NCBI GenBank assembly: GCA_036339465.1 | Contig: JAYZAY010000085.1 | Location: 1 to 64,000 of the forward strand | Origin: Myxococcota bacterium | GTDB lineage: Bacteria > Myxococcota > XYA12-FULL-58-9 > JABJBS01 | Length of the DNA stretch: 64,000 nt | Reading direction: 5' to 3' | Shown: one piece after another, positions 39,082 through 48,846 of the stretch | How the letters are laid out: every line of letters starts with the position of its first letter | Position numbering within the stretch: position 1 is the stretch's first letter | Program-made: the position numbers and the translations under genes | The notes under the pieces: generated by a model | The model's database searches: none | The model's input: only the letters and a program-made list of their open reading frames with translations | What the model was told of the DNA's origin: nothing

Positions 39082-40728
39082 CTATTCATACCGGAAGCGC
39101 GAGACAATCTGACTGAGTTCAACTGAAGTTTCTCGCAATTGGAGAATAGATCCTCTCGCCTGTTGCGCCGCATCTCCCGAATTTTTTGCCAGCCGGGCCA
39201 CATCCTCCATGGTGTGAGCGATAGATGAACTTGCGCCGGCAGCGTCTTGGACACTTTGTGACATCACGCCCATGGTTGCACTTTGCTCTTCGACAGCAGC
39301 GGCGATGCTTCCCTGAAGGTCATTAATATTTTGCATTGTTTCGCTAATGGTGTTGATCGCTTTAACCGCTCCTTCGGAGTCGCCCTGGATGGCTCGGATT
39401 CGCTTACCGATCTCCTCTGTCGATTTGGCGGTTTCTACTGCGAGATCCTTCACCTCAGACGCGACAACGGCAAAACCCTTTCCAGCATCACCGGCCCTTG
39501 CAGCTTCGATGGTAGCGTTCAGGGCCAAGAGGTTGGTCTGCCCCGCGATCTTCGTGATGACCTCGATGATCTTACCGATGTCCTCACTGCTCTTTCCAAG
39601 TGTTCCGATAGTGGTGCTGGCTTCGCCAACCATTGAAACCCCACCACTGGCTACCCCGGCTGCTCGATGGGCGTTTTCTGCTATTTCGTTCACCGACAAA
39701 CGCATTTCATCCACCGCTCGCGCGGAATCTTCTGTACTCAGACTCACTTGGGTCGCAGCTTGGGCTACATTTCCAACTTTGTCGTTTGTTTCTTGGGCGC
39801 TGGAAGCCATGCTACCGGCCTTCGTATTCAAGTTGGATGATGCCTGATCCAGTGCATTGACGGTGTCGCCAAGCCTCTTGATGATTGCCTGCATGCTCTC
39901 AAGAAATGAGTTTAGCCAGGTTCCCAGTTCTGCGATTTCATCGACCCCTACAACGTCGATGCGCTGGGTTAAATCACCGTCACCTTCAGCAATATCTCTC
40001 ATACGATCGGCTAGGTTTTTAATAGAAGCGCCGATTTTACTGGCAAATAGAACACTGAACGCAATTCCGACGAACAGTACTACGAGGCCGGTAAAGCTGA
40101 GGGCCGCTAACATTTCCCCCAGTTCGGCATTTGCGATATCCCTTGTTGTTTGGAGTTGGTCTTCGAGGATAGATTTATCAAGACCATAGGCAATGAGCCC
40201 TAAGGGCTCATCCTCGTCGAAGATGGGGACTGCGACTTCGAGAATAGGTCTTTTGTTAAATTCAAGGTCTCGTATGGACTCTTTTTCAAGGTTAAGGTCG
40301 CTCAGCCCCAACAGGGCCTTAATCTCAGTCTCACTGTGGGATGCTAGTTCGGGATCGGCGGTGGAGAAGCCCAGTAAAAGTTCGTTTTCTTGCATGACGT
40401 AACCGTAAACCAAGTTTTCATCGTTGGAGATCGTTTTTTCGATCAGTTCCTCAGTGGCCGAGAACGAGTTGTCCAGCAAGGCAGGTTTGAGTGCAAAGGC
40501 TTGGTTTTGGGTTAATAGGTCAGCTTTAGCTCTTAACTGCTTGTGGAAATCTACTTCCATCCTCTCTAGCATATCCTTTGTGGAGTCACGCTGTAGTAGC
40601 ATTACGATACTGAGCGACAAAATGAGACTAATGAGTAAAAGACTTGAAGCGGCGAGAGCGATTTTCATCTTGATGGACAACTTGTGCATGAGATGTAACG
40701 GTCCCCACCCAGTTAGAGATCTCAGCAA
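39082..40728 (-). CDS. Methyl-accepting chemotaxis protein (2 TM, periplasmic sensor, HAMP, signalling domain)
   Basis: GDGDLTQRI...[44 protein letters not shown] tip. Start may be ATG 40689. Confidence 0.95.
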   Translation of the reverse strand: MLRSLTGWGPLHLMHKLSIKMKIALAASSLLLISLILSLSIVMLLQRDSTKDMLERMEVDFHKQLRAKADLLTQNQAFALKPALLDNSFSATEELIEKTISNDENLVYGYVMQENELLLGFSTADPELASHSETEIKALLGLSDLNLEKESIRDLEFNKRPILEVAVPIFDEDEPLGLIAYGLDKSILEDQLQTTRDIANAELGEMLAALSFTGLVVLFVGIAFSVLFASKIGASIKNLADRMRDIAEGDGDLTQRIDVVGVDEIAELGTWLNSFLESMQAIIKRLGDTVNALDQASSNLNTKAGSMASSAQETNDKVGNVAQAATQVSLSTEDSARAVDEMRLSVNEIAENAHRAAGVASGGVSMVGEASTTIGTLGKSSEDIGKIIEVITKIAGQTNLLALNATIEAARAGDAGKGFAVVASEVKDLAVETAKSTEEIGKRIRAIQGDSEGAVKAINTISETMQNINDLQGSIAAAVEEQSATMGVMSQSVQDAAGASSSIAHTMEDVARLAKNSGDAAQQARGSILQLRETSVELSQIVSRFRYE

Positions 40729-40787
40729 CTAGCCTATGGTATCGCGGGGGGGGGATGCTAGCTATAATTCACTCAAGCTGGTGTTTC

Positions 40788-41408
40788 CTAGAAAAACTCC
40801 AAGCTACCAGTATCGAGTTCTTCGTGATCATGCTCTCGAGAGTACGAGTAATCCAGGACTCCGTATGGTGAAAGGTATAACCCACATGGAAAGTTTATGC
40901 CAGAGCCCAGGTGAGATGCAGCCAGAAAGATGTTCAATGAGTGGTTCAGGGTTTGGTGATGCTTAATCGCATCTCGACTGAGGATATCTGGGGCAGACAC
41001 CCCTAAGTGAAGGTACTTTTTTCCGAGTTCTCGTTTTAGAAACCCCACGACGAGGTTCGTTCGTTCTAGAAAGAATCCGTTGACGAGTTCATCCACAGAC
41101 TCTTCCCCTCCGCCATGTCCGATAAGATTGGTTACGTAATGGTGGGTCGGCTTGTCGTGGTTGAAATGAATGGTGGCGAAAGCCCGAAAGTTAAACGCGC
41201 ATAGGCAGGACATCATCAGGTGACTGGATTGCTTCCAAAGGTCCGGTTCTCCCTCTTCAATCGACCATCCTTCTGTTTCTTGATTGAGCGCTTCTTCCAC
41301 CGAATGTTCGAACAGATTTGTAAAGCCTGTCTCGGCGGCAGGGGTTACTTCTCCACCCTCCACATTTTCATGCGCGAAGTTGATGCTTGATTTTACCAAG
41401 GACTTCAT
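40788..41408 (-). CDS. Hypothetical protein, possibly CheX/CheC-like; ends GSLEFF
   Basis: E-R-T-N (ExxN) in FFLERTNLVVG; lies inside the chemosensory cluster; start uncertain. Confidence 0.6.
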   Translation of the reverse strand: MKSLVKSSINFAHENVEGGEVTPAAETGFTNLFEHSVEEALNQETEGWSIEEGEPDLWKQSSHLMMSCLCAFNFRAFATIHFNHDKPTHHYVTNLIGHGGGEESVDELVNGFFLERTNLVVGFLKRELGKKYLHLGVSAPDILSRDAIKHHQTLNHSLNIFLAASHLGSGINFPCGLYLSPYGVLDYSYSREHDHEELDTGSLEFF

Positions 41409-42189
41409 CGATAGAATTTCTCACTTCTGCTTCTGAGAAGCTATTTGAGTTCAATTGGTCGAGCAAACGACTAAGATCCTCGAGGGCCAGTTTTAGATTG
41501 TTGACCATGTTGAGAACCATTCGACTGCCGGCCTGGGTGTCTTGGAAGGTCGAAGTAATAAGGAGGTCATTACGATTCAGTTCATCAGAATGAATGGCGG
41601 AAAGCTTACCAACTTCGAGACTTAATTCCTTAAATTCTCCGGCAACCACAGCAAATCCTCGACCAGCTTCTCCGGATCTCGCAGCTTCGATACTGGCATT
41701 GAGTGCCAACATAACTGTTCGATTTCCCATAGAGGCAAATTCGCGGCTTAGGCGAGTCATCTCAGCCAGGCTTGCCTTTACTTCGGCTAGGCCATCGTAC
41801 CAGCGCTCAAAGGTTTTAACGAGGGCGAGAAGCTGGTTTACTTCTTCGAGGGCATCTCCCAAAAGGTTGTTTGCCTTATGACCATCAAACGCACTTGAGT
41901 TTTGGTTGAGGGAGAGCGTAAGTGTATCACGGAGACCTTCTAATTCTGAGGATGTCTGTTGCTGAATGTTGGTTAGTTTTGACTTGTTTGTGGATACCTT
42001 CTGATTGAGATTCTCTTGGTTATGCGTAGCACTTTCGATTTCGCCTTGTTGCTCACGAACGCGTTTCTGATTTGATTCGAGATGACTTTGCATCTGGGCA
42101 ATTTGTACCTGATGTTTGTTTGATAACACCAATTTCGCTGTCAGCAAGCCACAAGCAAAACCGACCAGAATACAAGCAAGGATTGTCAT
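41368..42189 (-). CDS. Short, single-TM chemoreceptor-like protein
   Basis: N-terminal TM, coiled coil, signalling tip MLALNASIEAARSGEAGRGFAVVAGEFKEL. Confidence 0.85.
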   Translation of the reverse strand: MTILACILVGFACGLLTAKLVLSNKHQVQIAQMQSHLESNQKRVREQQGEIESATHNQENLNQKVSTNKSKLTNIQQQTSSELEGLRDTLTLSLNQNSSAFDGHKANNLLGDALEEVNQLLALVKTFERWYDGLAEVKASLAEMTRLSREFASMGNRTVMLALNASIEAARSGEAGRGFAVVAGEFKELSLEVGKLSAIHSDELNRNDLLITSTFQDTQAGSRMVLNMVNNLKLALEDLSRLLDQLNSNSFSEAEVRNSIDEVLGKIKHQLRA

Positions 42190-42237
42190 TCATAGACCTG
42201 AGGTAAAACGACCATGATGTTTTCGCTTCGCCGATTC

Positions 42238-42606
42238 TTAGCTTTCCACCATCTTCTTGATTGGACCGAGTGCATGTTGCCCATTAAAAGGCTTTACAAT
42301 CCAGCCAGAAACGCCAGCGGCCTTGCCCCTTTGTTTTAGAGCAGGACTGTTCTCGGTAGTCAGGACGATGATTTTGACGGCCTGGTTGTTTAGCTCCGAT
42401 CTAATCTTTTCCGCGAGTGTTAGCCCATCCATGTTTGGCATGTTGACGTCGGTGATTACCAACTTAACAGAGCTATCGCCTCTCAATTTGTTTAGAGCGT
42501 CAACTCCATCGACAGCTGTGTCTGTATTCAAACCGTTTTTACCAAGGAAATCCTTGATTCCTTCTCGAACTACCGCAGAATCGTCAACCACTAAAATTTT
42601 TCCCAT
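42238..42606 (-). CDS. Single-domain CheY-like response regulator
   Basis: ILVVDD, TDVNMPNMDG (phospho-Asp), LTTE, WIVKPF; 122 aa. Confidence 0.93.
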   Translation of the reverse strand: MGKILVVDDSAVVREGIKDFLGKNGLNTDTAVDGVDALNKLRGDSSVKLVITDVNMPNMDGLTLAEKIRSELNNQAVKIIVLTTENSPALKQRGKAAGVSGWIVKPFNGQHALGPIKKMVES

Positions 42607-42674
42607 TGTAAAATCCCCGTTTTTACTTTCAATCTAAAGATACCTCTAAAGTCATACTAAATCAAAATCCGATA

Positions 42675-43646
42675 TTAAAAGAACTCTAAAATCCCATCTT
42701 TCACTGCTTCCTGCACGACCGGTTCCTCGGGAACATCCTCTGGATCCCAGTGTGAATGAAATGATAAACGTAGATACATTTGAAACGGCTCAAATTCATT
42801 GGCTCCGTCTCGTTTGTCGCGAATGGCAAAGTCCAAGCACAGCATTGGCACGGTGGTACCAAAGCTGAGGTACCCGTCAAGATGATTTACGGTCATCGGA
42901 ATTTCTGGGAAAGTTTTGTGTTCGCTATTGCCATTAGGAACATATTTATTTTTGAATGCGCCTGAGAACCGGTTCATGACCTCGCGGATCATGTCTTCGG
43001 CATAAAGTGGGGCCTTCTCGACCGTTTGTCCAAAATGAGTTCGTCCAAGTCCTACGAGATTGGCGATATCTGATGTATTTGTTTCCAGGAGCATCGCACC
43101 GGCACACCAAGTGCTTCGAATTGGCATGTATTCTAGCCGCCCACCGTACATGCGTCGGTCGGCTGAAACTAAAATGCGCTCGAGGAATGGTTCGGTATCT
43201 GAGAATTGCTCCGCCAGTATTTTGCAAAAATCATTAACGAGATTTTGAAGCAGTTTACCAGGGTAATAACGACTGAAAATATATTCTCCCAACAGGGACG
43301 TTAATTGTGGATCTGAAATCTGGTCATATTTCACGACCACAGCGGTTGGTTGCTCCGCCATGAATTCGTCGATTAATTCAGATTCGTGGGAGCGAATAAA
43401 TATTGGGATTTCTCGTCTTTGTTCGTAAATTTTATGTAGGATGCTTTTTATTGCAGGAAAGGGGCCTCCGAGGAAAATGGCTCCAATTCTTAGATTGGAG
43501 CCGAGCATTTTCCAAAAGGCCTCATCCTGTCTGACCAGAAGGCCAGTAACCTTGCGTGCTCGCAAAAACTCAACCAATTCTGCACTTGAGTCCCGTTGCT
43601 TTTCAAAAGCGAGTAGTTTGGCTCCGACCTGTATATTTGAGTCCAA
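42675..43646 (-). CDS. Hypothetical protein: degenerate receiver-like N-terminus plus CheX-like domain; ends GILEFF
   Basis: TTG start with AGGAGA SD; EDMIREVMNRFSGAFK contains an ExxN CheC/CheX-type motif. Confidence 0.65.
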   Translation of the reverse strand: MDSNIQVGAKLLAFEKQRDSSAELVEFLRARKVTGLLVRQDEAFWKMLGSNLRIGAIFLGGPFPAIKSILHKIYEQRREIPIFIRSHESELIDEFMAEQPTAVVVKYDQISDPQLTSLLGEYIFSRYYPGKLLQNLVNDFCKILAEQFSDTEPFLERILVSADRRMYGGRLEYMPIRSTWCAGAMLLETNTSDIANLVGLGRTHFGQTVEKAPLYAEDMIREVMNRFSGAFKNKYVPNGNSEHKTFPEIPMTVNHLDGYLSFGTTVPMLCLDFAIRDKRDGANEFEPFQMYLRLSFHSHWDPEDVPEEPVVQEAVKDGILEFF

Positions 43647-44399
43647 TCCTATCTCCTACACATGATACTTATAACTTTGACAGGTTTTGAATTTAGGATC
43701 TAGGCTAGGCCAATCTTTTTCATAAAACAATGAAGGTGTTATCGATGACGGACACCCATCTCGGATTTGCGGTAAGGTAGAGCGGGCTAGCCGTACGTCG
43801 AGGTTTGCTCTACTCAAGAGTTTCTTGGTACATGTAGCTAAAATTATGTGGGATTCTAGGATACTTGTGGTGTTGGAATTGGGCCATAAGGAGATTCCGG
43901 TAGAGAGGCCCGAGGTGGGTAAATGTGTTCAAAACAGAAAAGGCCGTACAATGTCTCTCCCCACATGGCTCGATTACGAAAACAGATGTAACACATTGAA
44001 ATAACTGCTCCTTGGTTCCTTTTCTTCTTTTCTATTCTTTGAAGACTAGGGATGACGATCTCTGGTACAGTTACAGTCTGTTTTTTAGCAATGCGTGCCA
44101 GACAATGTAACCGGCTGGGAATAGTCAGCTGAGCTGGTTTGACTTAGATGAGAATTTTTTCGGTAATTGCTTGTGTTCGTTCCTGTCCAGAAGGTGGTGA
44201 GTTGAGGCTGGCCCAAGCCATACCTTTCATGCATTCGATGACTCCCACCGGGGACACAATGGGTAAATACCAGAATGTGTTCTTTTGATGATAGGTCTCT
44301 GAGTTGCCGTGTGTTACGCAGGGACAAGGTTCGAATCAGAGCGACCATTTATCCTTGTGAGTAGATTTTCTTGTCGTCGAAAAAGAGGACTCTTGTTTG

Positions 44400-45674
44400 C
44401 TACTTTTTTGGTTCTATGATCTCTCGTCCATTCATATATTGACGAAGCGCTTTGGGAATGGTGACGGACCCATCTTTATTTTGGTAGGTTTCCAAGATAG
44501 GAATCAATATTCTAGGGGACGCGATTGCAGTGTTATTTAAGGTGTAGCAATGGAGATTCTTTCCCGATTCAGTTTTATAGCGGATTTTAGAACGTCTTGC
44601 CTGAAAATCGTGGAGTGTAGAACAGGAGTGAGTTTCTGAATAGGTCTGTCTGCTTGGCATCCAAGTTTCGACTTCGTGTTTTCGGATTTGTCCTAATCCC
44701 AATTCGACACTGCAGGCTAGGGCGATTCTGTGGGGCAGTTCCAATGCTTGTAGGATCTCCTCTGAGTTTTGCAGAAGGAGCATGTGTTCTTTGAGGGAGG
44801 CCTCTGGATCCGCATGACAAATCACAACCTGCTCCACTTTTTGGAAGTGGTGCACTCTGTAGAGGCCTTTGGTATCTCGGCCCGCAGCACCAGCTTCACG
44901 TCGGAAACAGTCCGATATTCCCGCATAGCGTATTGGTAGTTCTTCTTCGCTGAGGATCTGGTCCATGTGAAGTGATACGAGTCCAACCTCTGAAGTACCA
45001 GTTAGAAAAAGTTCGTCTTTTTCTATGGCGTAGGACTCTTCAAAATGGAGCGGAAAGAAACCAGTTCCTTGCATTGCTGTTTCTTTGACCAATATTGGTG
45101 GGGAAACGGCGGTGAAGCCCTTCCTGATAACGTGGTTTAATGCCAGCTGCAGGACCGCGAGTTCAAGCAAGACGCCGTCTCCTGTTAAAGCGTAACTTCT
45201 GGAGCCGGCATATTGTCGAGGACCATCAAAATTAACGAGTCCTAGTGACAACGCAAGTTCCAGGTGATCTTTGGGGGTAAAATCAAACTTGCGGGCCTCG
45301 CCCCATTTGCGTAGTTCAATATTGTCTTTTTCACCGGTGCCAACTGGGACTTCTGGAGCAGGAACTCCAGGAACGAAGAGCATAAGGTTCTTAAATTCCG
45401 CTTCGATGCTTTGGATTTTTTCTTCATCCGCTTTGAGAGCTTGTCCTACTGTTTTCGATTCTTGAATGGCATTTTCTCTCTCGTCGCCTTTTAGTTTGGG
45501 TATGGAAGAAGAGAGACTATTTCGTTTTTGTCTTAGAGCTTCAATTTCTTGGGTCAATGAGCGGCGGGCTTGATCAACTTCCAGTAGACGGTCTAGATCA
45601 AGATTAACTTGTTTGTTCTTTATGGCTGTCCTGATCTTGTCAGGGTTTTCTCGGATAAAGTTTATGTCTAACAT
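44400..45674 (-). CDS. serS: Serine--tRNA ligase
   Basis: MLDINFIREN coiled-coil arm, GTSEV, CFRREAG...GLYRVHHF.KVE, ETHSCS...FQARR, TLNNT.IA.PR. Confidence 0.97.
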   Translation of the reverse strand: MLDINFIRENPDKIRTAIKNKQVNLDLDRLLEVDQARRSLTQEIEALRQKRNSLSSSIPKLKGDERENAIQESKTVGQALKADEEKIQSIEAEFKNLMLFVPGVPAPEVPVGTGEKDNIELRKWGEARKFDFTPKDHLELALSLGLVNFDGPRQYAGSRSYALTGDGVLLELAVLQLALNHVIRKGFTAVSPPILVKETAMQGTGFFPLHFEESYAIEKDELFLTGTSEVGLVSLHMDQILSEEELPIRYAGISDCFRREAGAAGRDTKGLYRVHHFQKVEQVVICHADPEASLKEHMLLLQNSEEILQALELPHRIALACSVELGLGQIRKHEVETWMPSRQTYSETHSCSTLHDFQARRSKIRYKTESGKNLHCYTLNNTAIASPRILIPILETYQNKDGSVTIPKALRQYMNGREIIEPKK

Positions 45675-45749
45675 CCAGGGCTTCCTAAGAAATATTTTTC
45701 TAATCTCAAGGTTTCATGTAGTCCACAATCGTGACGCGAATCAGACGAC

Positions 45750-45847
45750 TGGCGGAAGCGCACGGGAATCGAACCCGCCAGAGCCGTTTCTCACGTCTCT
45801 CATTGGTTTTGAAGACCAAGGGCAGCACCAGCCAACCACGCGCATCC
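45750..45847 (-). tRNA. selC: tRNA-Sec (UCA)
   Basis: 98 nt. 8-bp acceptor GGATGCGC/GCGCTTCC, D-loop TGGT, TTGGT-CTTCAAA-ACCAA anticodon arm, long variable arm, 5-bp T-stem with TTCGATT, G discriminator, encoded CCA. Confidence 0.95.
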
Positions 45848-45891
45848 TCTATGTAAAAGCCAGGGGACTCTAATCTTCTTGACTGAGTATT

Positions 45892-46401
45892 TCAATTGGG
45901 AACGCTAGCCATAAGCGACTTTTGAATTTCTGGACCCCAGCCCATGTCCCGAATGCCTTTCAAAACAATCGCTAGATAATCATTGGTTGGCCGGACGGGA
46001 AAATTTTCGTGCCACTCAGGCAGTACACAGTATACCCAGCAATAAATTTCTTTTTTTTCCCTGTGGGTTAGACATGATATGCGCTGGTTACCTCGATGGT
46101 AACGCCTTGGATGGCCTTCCTTTTGATCGAGGAGCAGTATACCCTTTTTTGAAACCTTAAGAATGGCTCCATAGACCACAGAGTCTGGAGCCGGCTCCAC
46201 ATTGGCAGCTCCTCCTTGCCGCACGGGGGAGAGATAGTTCCAGATGAGCCGGTATTTTGGGAGGTAGGCGGGGATATATTCGATAACACATTCGTCAAAC
46301 GTATGACCATTTTTGGAAGCCCAAAGGCATAGGTCCTGTCGGTCGAGGTTTGATCCGTAGGCGAAAACAAAGTCCACGTCGATCGCGTCTCCACTTCCCA
46401 T
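45892..46401 (-). CDS. Gamma-glutamylcyclotransferase family protein
   Basis: FAYGSNL, GAANV, VYG, LDQKEG.P..Y, P...YL..V..G. Confidence 0.87.
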   Translation of the reverse strand: MGSGDAIDVDFVFAYGSNLDRQDLCLWASKNGHTFDECVIEYIPAYLPKYRLIWNYLSPVRQGGAANVEPAPDSVVYGAILKVSKKGILLLDQKEGHPRRYHRGNQRISCLTHREKKEIYCWVYCVLPEWHENFPVRPTNDYLAIVLKGIRDMGWGPEIQKSLMASVPN

Positions 46402-46543
46402 TTTCTTTCTCCCTAATAATAAAGGGTTACATATTTATCGGGGTTTGACCAATGCGGGCTAGAGTGCTACTGACCCCGCCGTGGAGCTCGGCGTGTTTTT
46501 ACGCCATTACCTACGAAAACCCTTTGTTTTAAGGTTGGGATTC

Positions 46544-47881
46544 ATGGAAGTACAGATTGAAGAAGCAAGCACTTTTATTCGAAAACTCTCTGTGACGATT
46601 CCGTCGATGGAAGTCGATACAGCATTCGAAAACGCCCTTCGAGAGGTGTCTAAGAAGGCGCAAATTCCAGGTTTTCGTCCCGGTAAAGCTCCAAAGGGGC
46701 TTCTGAGGGCACGATATGGGGAGCAGATTCAGGAGGATGTTCAAAATCAATTGGTCGAGAGTTCCCTGCCTAAAGTGATCACGGACCATGAATTAGCACC
46801 CGTCAGTCGTCCTAATGTTCATCCGGCGAAATGTAAGGAGGGGGTTAACTTCTCGTATGTTGCCGAAGTTGAAATTCAACCCGAAATTACTTTGACTAAA
46901 TACGAAGGACTGGAAGTTGAAGAAGTACCCGTTATCGTTGAAGAGAAAGATATTGAGGCTGAGCTGACACGTCTTCAGACTGAAAACACACAAATTGTGC
47001 CTGTGGAAGGGCGTGATGTTGCCGAAGAGGGCGATACTGTGGTTTTAGATTACGAAGGTCTGATCGGTGGGGTACCGTTTGACGGGGGGAAAGCAGAGGA
47101 TGCTTCTGTCGAGGTCGGTGCGGGCAGTTATTTAGCTGGTTTTGAGGCGGGAATTAAAGGGAAAAAAGTGCCCAGTGAAATCGAATTTCCTGTGGATTTT
47201 CCAGAGGATTATCAAGCCCCCAATCTGGCGGGACAGACGGCCACTTTTAAGGCCGTGTTAAAGGAGCTAAAAACAAAGGAAAAACCAGCTCTTGATGACG
47301 ACTTCGCTCAAGATTTAGGTGAGGATAATCTCGAGGATTTAAGGCTGAAAATTTCGGAGGAGATTAAAGGTCGTAAAGAAAAATCAGTTCGTCGTGAGGA
47401 ACGGAACCAAGCGCTTGCGGCATTGGTTGAATCGAATCCGTTCGACTGTGCGCCTTCTATTATCGATGATCAGGCCAATCGGATGATTTACGAAGCGGCT
47501 CAACGAATGGCTCAGTACACTGGGGTTCAACCAAACTTTGGTTCTCAGGAACTCGAATCCCTCAAGAAGGACAGTCTTCCAAATGCGGAAAACCATGTTC
47601 GATCTGGCTTACTTCTTTTAGAGGTAACCAAGGTTGCGGGTATGGCAGTCGAGGATGCTGACATTGACACAGAGATCGAGAAGCTGGCCGAGGAAGCCGG
47701 TGCGAATGGAGCCCAGGTAAAGACGCATTACCGGCGGCCACAGGAGCGAGATATGTTGAAATCGCGCTTACTTGAGGACAAGGTGATTGATTACTTACTT
47801 GAAAAGGCAATTCGCGTCGAGCCGAAGCCAAAGGAAGAGGTTGAAACAACCGGCGAAGAACCGGAAGTCACAGAAGCATAA
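46544..47881 (+). CDS. tig: Trigger factor
   Basis: IPGFRPGKAP ribosome-binding motif, FKBP domain (FDGGKAE, FPEDY); start moved to ATG 46544. Confidence 0.96.
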   Translation: MEVQIEEASTFIRKLSVTIPSMEVDTAFENALREVSKKAQIPGFRPGKAPKGLLRARYGEQIQEDVQNQLVESSLPKVITDHELAPVSRPNVHPAKCKEGVNFSYVAEVEIQPEITLTKYEGLEVEEVPVIVEEKDIEAELTRLQTENTQIVPVEGRDVAEEGDTVVLDYEGLIGGVPFDGGKAEDASVEVGAGSYLAGFEAGIKGKKVPSEIEFPVDFPEDYQAPNLAGQTATFKAVLKELKTKEKPALDDDFAQDLGEDNLEDLRLKISEEIKGRKEKSVRREERNQALAALVESNPFDCAPSIIDDQANRMIYEAAQRMAQYTGVQPNFGSQELESLKKDSLPNAENHVRSGLLLLEVTKVAGMAVEDADIDTEIEKLAEEAGANGAQVKTHYRRPQERDMLKSRLLEDKVIDYLLEKAIRVEPKPKEEVETTGEEPEVTEA

Positions 47882-48037
47882 TTAAAGATTTCATTGTCTT
47901 GCTAAGCCCCTTGCTTTCGTTCTAAATCATCAAGCGGCGGATGCTCTAATTTTCGCGGTAATAATCTGCATAACATAGCGTGTCTAGCGGTACAGAAGCG
48001 CGTTGTTTTGAATCTGTAGCTCAGGGAGAATTCACTG

Positions 48038-48661
48038 ATGTCGTATTTGGTCCCAACAGTAATTGAACAGACCCCTCGTGGTGAGAGAGCTTTCGATATT
48101 TATTCGCGACTTCTCAAGGACAGAATCGTCTTTATTGGTACGCCCATCGATGACCACGTTGCTAATTTAATTGTGGCTCAGCTTCTCTTTCTTGAGTCGG
48201 AAGACCCCGAGAAGGATATTAATATTTATGTTAATTCACCAGGAGGTTCCGTTACCGCAGGCTTAGCGATTTATGATACGATGCAGTACATCCGACCGGA
48301 GGTTGCGACGCTTTGTATGGGTCAAGCTGCGAGTATGGGAGCGGTTCTCTTGGCGGCCGGAACGAAGGGCAAGAGATTCGCCTTGCCACATGCTCGGGTG
48401 ATGATTCACCAACCCCTTGGGGGTATGCGGGGCCAAGCCTCCGATATGGAAATTCAGGCCAAGGAAATATTAAAGATTAAATCTCTTTTGACTGGATTGT
48501 TGGCGAAACATTCTAATCAGCCAGCGGATAAAGTCGTTAACGACTCGGATCGGGACTACTTCTTGAGTGCAGCTGAGGCAGCTGATTACGGATTAGTTGA
48601 CAAAGTCATCGAAAAAGAGAGCGAAGTGAGGGAAGCTACGGATTCGGCCCGTGATTCCTAA
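48038..48661 (+). CDS. clpP: ATP-dependent Clp protease proteolytic subunit
   Basis: [28 protein letters not shown]. Confidence 0.98.
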   Translation: MSYLVPTVIEQTPRGERAFDIYSRLLKDRIVFIGTPIDDHVANLIVAQLLFLESEDPEKDINIYVNSPGGSVTAGLAIYDTMQYIRPEVATLCMGQAASMGAVLLAAGTKGKRFALPHARVMIHQPLGGMRGQASDMEIQAKEILKIKSLLTGLLAKHSNQPADKVVNDSDRDYFLSAAEAADYGLVDKVIEKESEVREATDSARDS

Positions 48662-48846
48662 GCCAGGACCTCCTCAATGGTAAGAAATTTAGCCCATGGA
48701 CTTGGAACTTTTCTGATACACTGGCTAAGTGAGTAAAAAAACATTATGGAGCAACCCAGTTTTGGAAAAAATAATTCAGTTAAGGTGGCAATCAGGCGAT
48801 GTGTGGTTGTTGGCTTTTAAAATTTAACCGGCTTGAGGTGTGAATA

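Noticed and set aside
43760..43815. c-di-GMP-I riboswitch upstream of the che-like operon
   Set aside because: Only two GCAAA words are present on the minus strand; the GNRA tetraloop/receptor and P1-P2 architecture are missing.
44085..44348. 87-aa ORF downstream of serS
   Set aside because: No recognisable motif or homology; probably spurious.
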